Positions 51,549 through 64,000 of a DNA stretch of 64,000 bases are shown one piece after another. Every line of letters starts with the position of its first letter. The first letter of the stretch is position 1. Source of the DNA: Eledone cirrhosa. Lineage: Eukaryota. The position numbers were made by a program, and so were the translations under genes. The notes under the pieces are model-generated. The model was not told where the DNA came from and did not search any database. It worked only from the letters and a program-made list of their open reading frames with translations. Where the stretch lies: positions 6,758,001 to 6,822,000 of the forward strand of contig OZ024755.1 of the NCBI GenBank assembly GCA_964016885.1. The letters are read 5' to 3'.

Positions 51549-52829
51549 GTGAGTACTGCCAACATTTCACACTACACGCCATTCACACTTTTCTAAATAA
51601 TTGTTTCTACATTTGGCACAAGGCCAGCAATTACCCAGTACATTACTGGTACTTTATTTTATCGACCCCGTGAGGATGAAAGGCAAAGGTAACCTCGACG
51701 GGATTTGAACTCAGACCGTAAAGCGACGTAACTATGCTGGAAAGCATGGCGTCCGACCCTCTACCGATACTGCCAATTCACCGCCCTGAATTTTATAAAT
51801 AATATCATGCTCAACATCACAGGATCACACAAATGCACCTTATGTCAATTACCCAGCCAATTCAGTGAAGTTCTACTTTATTTTTGACATAAACAGCTGT
51901 TTGCTATAAGTTCTCTTTGTGTGCGGGTATTTGTCGTCTGATGAACAACCAATTAGCTGGGATTCATGTAAAAGCAATCACTTATGATTTTTATGAATAA
52001 CAAAATCTGTTTACATTCGTTCCCTTCTCACAACGAGGCGTATCATTTGAAACCGTGAGCAAAGGAAGGTGCCTTATATGGGCGTCAGCCTGCTAGAAAT
52101 AACTGCCAAATTCCTGCTCACGTTATAAAATGACAACATCTCGTAATTCCTGATTGAGTCATAGGGGCGCCGTAATGACACGCAGAGTTTCATGGGCATA
52201 CCTTTCCAGGTCTGATCACAGCAGATTTCTTCCAGAAAAGGATAGGAAGAGAGAGGTGGGGAGGCACTTACCCAAGTTGTCGTGCAGTGAAACTGAATCT
52301 AGAACCAACTGGATGGTTTGTTAACTCTTTAACCACTCAACCGTTTTCTGTAAGTTTATTGTAAATCATAGATACAATGAAATATGGTAATTGAAGATAA
52401 GATATATAAACAAAAAAAAACGAAAAAATTATGGAAGATAAATCCTTGACACAGAAAAAACTGGCCATGCTGAGGCAACGTTTTGACTCAGTCGATTGTA
52501 TAACATAACCAAACGATGAATTGTTCTTAGTCGAAATAAGCTCCCAGAGCATTCTTGATTTAAAAAGATATTTAAGTTGTTACCATCGAAATTTATCCTC
52601 AAGAAAATAAAATCGCATCCCACTCAAATAAACATTACTAGTACACAACTTGAACCTCCAAGGTTGTTATAGCTAACCGTCTTCACTATCACCGAGTTTC
52701 TATCCTGGTTAATGGGCATACTTAATGCAGGCCAAACTGGTTCCCAATAACTCTCCTCTTACTTCAATTCTGAATGGTTGTTCAATTTAGATCCTTTATA
52801 AGACAAAGTATTCATTTTGCTTTTTATTT

Positions 52830-53200
52830 CTGAGAGACAAAATTTCCAACCATCCTTATTCTTTTTCTATTTCTGAAAAAATGTAGATGCTGATTAAATC
52901 GTCTTTAAAACATATTTTACTTATTTAATCACATATAATCTTTGGATGTTGAATTAGCAGCTGTAAGTACTCTTTCACAGTAAACTAGCAATTTTGAAAG
53001 ACATGAATTATTTCACGAACAATTAAAGAGATTAGGCAACATATATGAAGAGCAGATGGTTTTTAAATATTTTTACCATTGATATTCGATTTTCTGTTGC
53101 AAAAATTATGTATACAACTGGAGCTAAATTTAACATTATTCCTATTAAAACTTATGATTCTTTGAAAAGTGTTTGTCAAATAAGTAAATGAAATGTTTAA
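52830..53200 (-). mobile_element. Highly degenerate Penelope-like element fragment
   Basis: F.YLFDKHFSKNHK followed after a frameshift by FNRNNVK.S.SC..N, a typical Penelope linker motif. Confidence 0.6.
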
Positions 53201-53934
53201 TAATACATGTACAGACACAAATGGCTTGAAATCCGGTAAAACGCGAAGTAAAATAAATCTGTGTGATTTCAACTGAAAACAAGATTTTCATTGCAAAGCA
53301 GTGAAAAATACTGAATATCTTACTAGAGTCGAATGAAGTTTATTTAAATATCCATTAATATCTGATCGCCAGCGGATCATTAACTCGAAAATCCACGTAG
53401 CGATTTTCGAAGAGTCAGACTTGAATACACACACGCGCGCACACATTCACTTACACACACACACACACACAAACATTCATTCACATACACACACACGCAC
53501 ATACACACACATTCACACTCACACACACGCACACACACATACGCACACACACACATTCACATTCACGCAGGCACACACAAACACACACACATACGCACTT
53601 TACACATACTCACACGCACGCACACGTTCACACACACATTCACACACACATACATTCACATACACACACAATCACACACATATACACACACACGCACACA
53701 TACACATTCACGCATACATATTCACTTACTCACGCACACACACACACAAACACACAAATACATATAAAATAAAACACTTTTTATCACTTGGATAAAAAAT
53801 ATAATAAGAAAACGCTGCTTTTAATTTGAATTTAACGCTTTCGTCTTTCATGAGAATCACCAGGATACAAATTTAAAAGAGTAGTCCAACTAGTAGGTCT
53901 CTATGAGTATTTTTGCATCTTTTAAAGTAGAGCT

Positions 53935-54610
53935 GTTATAGTTTAGTTTCGGGATGAATTTCTTCATAAAATATTTTTCCATTTCTTGTCTGACTTTTGG
54001 ATCATCCCTAAGACATCTATAAAAAGACAATATTTTAAATTTCCTGTTCTCGGAAATTCCTGAATGTTTACTTAGCATAGTTTTCCTTAGTTCTGGTTTT
54101 CGTATCTGTTGTTTGTGCACTCTGACTTATTTACACAAAGAATTACCGGTGTGACCAATGTAATATTCTTTGCAGCCGAGACAGACTATAAAATATACCA
54201 CCGTGTCTGTTTTAGAGTTCATTCCTGCATTTATTTTAAAGGACTGTCCATTCTAAGATTTTATCTCAGAATCAGTTTGCAAATAGTTACAGGCGTTACT
54301 ACTACATGTCCTATCTCTACACGTTTTAACAGAAAATTTGAAAATATTTTCCGATTTAAACTTTTCCCATCTCAGGTGTTTTTTTAGGGTTCTTTGGTTG
54401 ATGTTTGCTGTTAATGATTCAGATTTCTTTCACCCGAACTTTCATTTTTGAGCTTTGGAACAGAATTAGTAGGCTTGTCTTAATGGTGGAAAGTATATTT
54501 GATACTCCTGGATCATAAATGTCGACAAATTGAATAATATTTTTCTCAACTCTTGTTTAGATATATACAGTTCTTTTGCCTTTTTGATCCCGTCCTCTAA
54601 TAAATTAGTG
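53935..54610 (-). mobile_element. Degenerate Penelope-like GIY-YIG endonuclease region
   Basis: VVYFIVCLGCKEYYIGHTG...RVHKQQIR.PELR...LSKH...F.I..FY...E.YF..KF.PKLN; upstream QPKN motif. Confidence 0.8.
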
Positions 54611-55009
54611 GATAGCTTTGTTGTTTAAGTTCCTTAACACGAATTACCTGTAATTCTTGATCCACTACTATTGCATATATTTCGTCTTTCCATGCAGTAT
54701 GGAATGTTTTGTTAGGTGTGTGATGGATGACATGAACGAAAGTTTAAATATCAGTGTGTGTGTCTGTCTTTTTGTAAAATATATCTGGATAATGTATTAT
54801 CGGGAGGTGAAATTGCCTTCCCGATTTGCGTTTTATTATTTTTTTTTTTTTAACAAAAGCGAACTACAAACAGTTCACAACATTTTAAACCATCTCCTCA
54901 CACACTTCCATCTATTAGACTTACAAGCGAGTCAAAATATGAACAACGTCTTATTAATACATTTTTTACGCAAGTGATAAACAGTGTTTTTTGTTTCCTC
55001 TGACAATTA

Positions 55010-55620
<611 letters not shown>

Positions 55621-55663
55621 ACTATGTATTAGTCAGTCTCTTCTTCATATCGTGTATATATAT

Positions 55664-55742
<79 letters not shown>

Positions 55743-55761
55743 TATATACATATATATATAC

Positions 55762-55792
<31 letters not shown>

Positions 55793-55805
55793 CATATATA
55801 TATAC

Positions 55806-55932
<127 letters not shown>

Positions 55933-55948
55933 CATATATAATATATAT

Positions 55949-56028
<80 letters not shown>

Positions 56029-56717
56029 GTTTGTATATATGAATGTATGTAAGTATAATATGCAAGTGTGTACACATGTATACATGTATATACATATCCG
56101 CGTGTGTGCGTGGGTGCGTGTGTGCGTGTGGGCGTATGTATGGACATAGATATGAGACAAATGGAGAAAGCAGTGTGAGATTAAGAGAGAAAAAGAAGAG
56201 AAAGGGGGATAGAGAGAGTATTACAGACACTTCATAATTCTTGAAAATGTTCAGTTCTACAGGAATTGCTTGGCGATTGTAACCCACTTATTTTTCAATC
56301 ATGCATTATATGAATGTGTGCTGAGAATATAAGAACATGGCTTTGTAATAAGATATCATAAATCATAATATGTATATACAGTTTCGAAATATGAAACATA
56401 AATATAAGAAAAATGTTCATCTTTTGTAAACTAAATAAAGTAGAATGCTAGTTTTTACCTTGCAAATCTGGAGTCTTTATACAGTTAAAACACAAGCTGG
56501 GAAGATTAATAACTATTATCTAAATAAATATATTCTTTTATTCTTTCACTGCTTTCAGTCATTAGACTGTGGCCATGCTGGGGCACCGCTTTAGTTCCAT
56601 TTAGTTCGATTATATAAACCCTAGTGTTGATCGACCTCTTTTTTGTCGAAACCCTAAGCTACCGGACATAATCACAGACCGAGGCACAAACAGAAACACA
56701 CACACACAACACATACT

Positions 56718-56775
<58 letters not shown>

Positions 56776-56776
<1 letters not shown>

Positions 56777-57137
56777 TGATTGTGGATGTAGCCTGCCCAT
56801 TCGACACGAGAGTGCAAGAGAAGGAGAGCGATAAAATTAACCGATACCAGGACTTAAAGTGGGAGGTAAAAAGGATTTGGAACTGCCATGAAGTCAAAGT
56901 GGTCCCGATTGTCATAGGCGCACTAGGTACTATCTCAAAGAGTTTCCAAGGATGGTTAAAGAAAATTGTCCCCCCCCCCCCCCCCCGCGCTTTTTGGAAC
57001 ACTTCAAAAGGCATGCTTGCTGGGAACAGCAAGAACCCTCCGATACGTTCTGAATATCTGAGGCTGCAGGTAGTGGCTTGATATTCATTTCAACAAACTT
57101 TCCAGTCAAATAACGTCAATGACTGAGACTCAAAGAA
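56776..57137 (+). mobile_element. Dong/R4-clade retrotransposon 3' fragment inserted in (TAA)n
   Basis: IVDVACPFD....KE..K...Y.DL..E..RIW....V.VVPIVIGALG RLE motif; (AAT)n on both sides. Confidence 0.85.
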
Positions 57138-57781
57138 CAATAATAATAATAATAATAATAATTGTTTCTACTTTTGGCACAAGGCCAGCAATTACCCAGT
57201 ACATTACTGGTACTTTATTTAATCGACCCCGTAAGGATGAAAGGCAAAGTTAACCTCAGCGGCTTTTGAACTCAGAACGGCAAGGGCCGCAACTCTATGA
57301 GTCAAAGCATGGTGTCCGACCCTCTACCGATACTGCCAATCCAAATAATAATAATAACGCAAAGGACAAATGGTTACTCCTTCAATGACGTTTATTGGTT
57401 GGCGACGCACGTTTCGCTATTGATCAGCTCAAGCTCTGACCTGTATCAATCTGGCACATGGCTTAGTGGTTAGAGCATTGGGCTTGCAATCGAAAAGTTG
57501 TGAGTTCAATTCTCGGACCGGGTGATGCGTTGTTTCCTTGAGCAAGAAACTTTATTTCACATTGCTCCAGTTTACTCAGCTGTAGAAATGATATGATAGG
57601 AATGGGGTCCCTATCATTAAATTACCCAAGACACCTCCAACGAGATATACCTTGGGGGAGGCCAGCTAAACCTGCATAGGTGTGAGCTGTCACACACACA
57701 TAACTAATGATAAATAGTCTCTGTAAATGTTTGTATTCATAGCAGTAATTCCATGTTATGTTTTATTTTACTCAATTTTAG

Positions 57782-58015
57782 CCATATTCATGTTAATGGG
57801 ATGTGTAATCTACCCGAATGGTTGGGACAATGAAACTGTCCGCCGGATCTGTGGTATAGCTGCAAACAAATACTATCTAGATCGATGTACTATCAGATGG
57901 GCATACATACTTGCTATTATCCTCATCTTCGATGCCATTATTTTAGCTGTTCTTGCTTTTGTTTTGGCTGCCAAACAAGCTAGAGTGTTGCCAGAAATTT
58001 ACCAGAAACATTCAC
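57782..58015 (+). CDS. LHFPL paralog B coding exon 2
   Basis: GCVIYPNGWD..V.RICG....KY.L..C.IRWAYILAII.I.DA motif; ttttag acceptor, C|gtaag donor. Confidence 0.95.
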
Positions 58016-58932
58016 GTAAGTTTTGTTCATTTCTTTCACTGATACTTCGCTCTCTCTCACCCTCCTCTCTTCTGCTCTTCTTTCTTTCTTTCTGCTCTTT
58101 CTTCTTGCCTTATTCCATTCCTTCTTTCCAGTCTTTCTTTCTTTCTTTCTTTCTTCTTCTTCTTTATTTGAATTCGCTTTGTAAGTTCATTACTTCTGTC
58201 TCTTTGGATATGTATATCTATTTTTGTTATTTAATCTCAGAGCAACCCAAATTAAGGAATCTCTTTCCTGCTCTTGAACTAAACAGCAATCAGTTTGGGA
58301 TTTCTAGAACAGATCTTCAGCAACCTACATTGCTTAAAGGGCCGTAACTCTATGCTCCAAAGCATGGTGTCCGACTCTACCGATACTAGCAATCCACGCC
58401 CATAATAATTGTTTCTTCTTTTGGCACAAGGCCAGCAATTATTCCAGTGCTTTACTGGTACTTTATTTTATCGACCTCGTAAGGATGAAAGGTAAAGTTA
58501 ACCTTGGCGGGATTTGAACTCAGAGCGTAAAGGGCCGTGACTCTATGCTGCAAAGCATGGTGTCCGACACTCTACTGATACTGCCAATCCACCGCCCTTC
58601 TGTTTAACATTATACATTGTGTATACATTGAAATATAATTCAATAATTTTAGTGAAGCTGTCTTCTTTGCTTCTTGCTTTTAGATTTTAGGGGAGGTTTT
58701 TGCCCACAATTGCTTAAATAATCTCAAATGAATTTTGTATTCAACATATTTTATTGTTAAACAGAATCTATTAAATACTCCATATAGAAGGGTTACGAAT
58801 ATGATAATTATTTTATAGATTAACTGAATACATAACAGTCAAGATGTTTATATATTAAAATAAATATATATCATACATTTATTTAAATCTATCTTTCTAT
58901 CTATCTGCATATCTATATGTGTCTGCATGCTT

Positions 58933-59018
<86 letters not shown>

Positions 59019-59084
59019 GCACACACATATGCATGTGCATATATATATATATACATAGATATATATAGATATATATATACACAC

Positions 59085-59333
<249 letters not shown>

Positions 59334-59371
59334 TAAATATATATATATACACCTGCATATATATAAGTATA

Positions 59372-59437
<66 letters not shown>

Positions 59438-59541
59438 TATATATATATGCATAAATATATATATATGCATATATACATATGCATAAATATATATATATGC
59501 ATATATATATATGCATAAATATATATATATATATATATATA

Positions 59542-59624
<83 letters not shown>

Positions 59625-59644
59625 GCATATATATATATATATAC

Positions 59645-59727
<83 letters not shown>

Positions 59728-60353
59728 TATATATAAGCAAGTTGAAGGTGATAAGGTGCTGCGAACGAAACTGTTTAATGAATGCAATCTCAGCGCATAT
59801 TTCATAAATAAAAGAGACAGACATTCTGGCAGACGATGAAAGTTAATAATATCTTGGAAATTAATACCTGTATAGGAGATACAACACCTGTCTCTCTATA
59901 GAGTGAATTCGGTGGCTTTGATTAAGCAGTGATGAAGTAGCATAAATAATATTTCTATAACTGTATAGCGCAACTATACACTATAAGAACGACATGTTAC
60001 AAGAGATGAAGACAATGGGGAAGCCACAAAAAGAAAATAAATAAATACACACGATACACACAATAGACAGTATAGTGAGAATGTACACGCACACACACAT
60101 ACACACACACACACACACACATATTTTTTTTTTTTTTTTTAATCGATCGACTTTCGTCAAATCGGACCGAGGAAACAATGTTTCCGTCGGTCTTTCCAGT
60201 TGCTAGTACTATCTATCGGTCGCAACTCCAGGTAGAAGGAACAACGTGAAATAAAGTGTCTTGCTCAAGGACATAACGCATCGCCCGGTCCAGGAATCGA
60301 ACTCACAACCTCAAGATTGTGAATCCAATTCTCTAACCACTCAGCCACACGCC

Positions 60354-60395
<42 letters not shown>

Positions 60396-60478
60396 GGAGG
60401 TGAGTTTTATTGTAGTACAATAAAGCAATGCAGATATCGGATAAGAAGCACTCTACAGTTTGTAGGACTGGAGTATAC

Positions 60479-60816
60479 ATAATATAAGATCAAAAGATGG
60501 TTAAAGGAGTTCCATGTATTTTATTATGCGCATTTCAAAAACAAACATCATCATGCAATAATATTTGTGTTTTCATCAGATAAAACAGGAGAACATGATA
60601 TGAAGGCTAAAAAACACTTGTGGATAGTGCAGTTTTAAATCAACATGTATGTTGATTTAAAACTGCACTATCCACAAGTGTTTTTTAGCCTTCATATCAT
60701 GTTCTCCTGTTTTATCTGATGAAAACACAAATATTATTGCATGATGATGTTTGTTTTTGAAATGCGCATAATAAAATACATGGAACTCCTTTAACCATCT
60801 TTTGATCTTATATTAT
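60479..60816. repeat. Perfect palindrome, 168-bp arms with a 2-nt spacer
   Basis: Arms pair around CAACAT-gt-ATGTTG; no mismatch found by eye. Confidence 0.93.
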
Positions 60817-60871
60817 ATATATATATATAATATATATATATATACACACACACATATATGTAATATTCCTC

Positions 60872-60904
<33 letters not shown>

Positions 60905-61054
60905 TATTACTATATATATACTGTTACTATATATATTTATATATTATTAGTATTTGCATATCTGAGTTCAAACCCCGGCGAGGTTAACTTTGCTTTTCAT
61001 CCTTACGGTGTCGATAAAATAAAGTACCAGTAATACAATGGGGTAATTACTGGC

Positions 61055-61092
<38 letters not shown>

Positions 61093-61247
61093 TGTGTATA
61101 CATATGTATTTTAGGGGCCAAAGCTTTGCTTTGAAAAATACCGGAAATCTAAGAAAAAAAATTTTTCTTAAATAATAAAACAATTAAGCAAAGCTTTTGA
61201 TCAACCAATTCCCCAGGGAATTACTATTACTATATATATATATATTA

Positions 61248-61307
<60 letters not shown>

Positions 61308-61413
61308 CTGTATATATTTATATTCTTACACACGAACCACTGACCAAATAATATTTGGTATCAATGGGTTAAAAACATCTGATGAACGACGCCACATCAT
61401 TTTGTTTTGATAA

Positions 61414-61710
61414 TTTTGAAAGTAGGTTTGTAAGTAAGAATTTTCATATGATTTTTGTAGTTGTCACTGTGGCCTAGCGGTAGGTGCTAGAGACGGTGGA
61501 GATCCTGACCTTGGGTTCAATCCTAGTCAAGAGGTACATGTAAGCTTTTCAGTTTTTATTTTACAACCAACAGAAAAAAAAACTGAAAAGGTTTACTGGG
61601 AACGCTATTCCAGACCAGGATCACCACCGTCTATGATTCATCCAGCTAGGCCACCGAGACAGCTACAAGAGTATAATGAAAATTGATAATTATAAACCTA
61701 CTTTCAAAAT
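61414..61710. repeat. Imperfect inverted repeat whose arms contain a tRNA-like head
   Basis: TTTGAAAGTAGGTTT...TGGCCTAGC...AGACGGTGG.GATCCTG mirrored by CAGGATC.CCACCGTCT...GCTAGGCCA...AAACCTACTTTCAAA. Confidence 0.7.
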
Positions 61711-62028
61711 CAAAGTTGAAAAGATTTTCCTAGAGCTATTAGTAATATTTAGGGTCGACTTCTGGTCATTATTGAAAGTCTCTGGATTTCGTAAAATACA
61801 TAATATCTCTTATTGGAGAAGGTAAGATATTTTTTCGCAAAAATTTGATTGCACTGTTTTGTTTCCACTTATGTATTTTCCGAAAATGTTATTTATTCAT
61901 TATGAAAATTAAATGATAGCATTCTATATGTAGGTGGGCCACCTTCATCTCCTGGCAACCAATATTTTTAGACCCAGTCCGCCACTGTATATATATATAT
62001 ATATATATATCAAAATACCCAAAATGCT

Positions 62029-62101
<73 letters not shown>

Positions 62102-62225
62102 AAAATTAAATTCTATATGGGGTCAGTATAACCGACCTTTTCACTCCCTCCTTTCATATTGCTTGCCTTGTGCCTTAATTAAGAATCATTGTTTGAGTAT
62201 TTACCTATTTATTATGTATTTACAG

Positions 62226-62353
62226 AACAACAAGATACCGTATCAAAAATGATGTCAGAACACGATCATGATCGGTTCTCAGAATATTCCCACAGGTCAG
62301 AGAAATCGAAGAGATCTATGGCAAGTGCCAGACCCGATCCTTACCATATGTGA
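62226..62353 (+). CDS. LHFPL paralog B terminal exon (QQQDTVSKMMSEHDHDRFSEYSHRSEKSKRSMASARPDPYHM*)
   Basis: tttacag acceptor, phase 1 consistent, SEYSH motif shared with paralog A; too short for the ORF track, translated by hand; total 256 aa. Confidence 0.82.
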
Positions 62354-62535
62354 AACAATAAAGGCCTGTAAATAATTCGTCCTTCTGCTGAAAATGGTTA
62401 CTTTTGCTCGATTTATAAGAGAAGCACCATGGAACTAAGAACATTTTGGGCATTTTGATATATATATATATATACACTCATACTTACATTTATATATACC
62501 CCTACATACATCTACATATATTCATATCTAAATAA

Positions 62536-62746
<211 letters not shown>

Positions 62747-62752
62747 TGTATT

Positions 62753-62786
<34 letters not shown>

Positions 62787-62832
62787 CATACATATATATA
62801 TGTATATATCTATATATATCTATATATATCTA

Positions 62833-62871
<39 letters not shown>

Positions 62872-63098
62872 TGTTATACTTTGGCGGAGGGGGGGAGGGG
62901 TCATGTATGTGTGTGTATGTGTGTGTATGTGTGTGAGTGCGTGTGTGGTAAACTGTGCTACAAACTGATTCATACTATCATGTCGGACATAAGTGTCTAT
63001 GTCCAGAGATAAGTGTATATATGTGTATATATATATATATATATACATACATACATATACATATATATACATATATATATATACATACATACATATAC

Positions 63099-63186
<88 letters not shown>

Positions 63187-63296
63187 GAACAAGTAAGACC
63201 CCGACGGCTGAGCTCAAGCCGTTTCGACGGCTAATTCTGGACTGAATGTACTTTGGTGCGTTATGGTCCACCTGGTTCCTTACCACATTTCCTTCG

Positions 63297-63331
<35 letters not shown>

Positions 63332-63334
63332 CAT

Positions 63335-63409
<75 letters not shown>

Positions 63410-63412
63410 TAT

Positions 63413-63532
<120 letters not shown>

Positions 63533-63797
63533 GCATATAGACACTTATGTGCGACATGATAGTATGAATCAGTTTGTCGCACAGTTTACCACACACGCAC
63601 TCACACACATACACACACATACACACACATACTCACACACACGCACGCATATATGTATACATACAGATTTTCAACTGGAACACATCATGTCATGTTATAA
63701 TTTTCCAGTCGTTAGAATTGTCGTGTACAAGTTATTTGCATGTTGGTACATATATAACACCCATGAATATGTAACAGTGTAATGTAATAACATAATG

Positions 63798-63886
<89 letters not shown>

Positions 63887-63892
63887 ACACAT

Positions 63893-63932
<40 letters not shown>

Positions 63933-64000
63933 GTAAAAGTTCTATTTAAATTGTTGGGATACGACAAGCAAATATTTTTATAACTGATATAAAGCACTCA

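Noticed and set aside
58684-58731. Alternative last exon of LHFPL-B after a strong pyrimidine tract
   Set aside because: It would add only 12-13 residues with no similarity to paralog A; the 62226 exon has the SEYSH motif. Not supportable without cDNA.

Overview
AT-rich, microsatellite-dense eukaryotic DNA with spliceosomal introns; the repeat content is most consistent with an octopus or other coleoid cephalopod (inference). Host genes: (1) the 5' part of ORC5 on the minus strand (7 coding exons, about 251 codons, continuing off the left edge); (2) two tandem plus-strand LHFPL/TMHS-family tetraspan genes with the same 3-coding-exon layout (267 aa at 24631-29145; 256 aa at 51140-62353); (3) between them, an intron-free minus-strand 193-aa ORF (36269-36850) with a ParB/sulfiredoxin-like motif set resembling bacterial RHS toxin tips plus a C-terminal membrane anchor, the best novelty candidate. 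The rest is transposon debris (RTE, CR1, CRE, Dong/R4, Tx1, Penelope, tRNA-derived SINEs, mariner and piggyBac-like MITEs, a possible Helitron end), long foldback palindromes and minisatellites, several of which are visibly amplified from transposon pieces. Family assignments rest on motif recognition, not database searches, and repeat coordinates are approximate.
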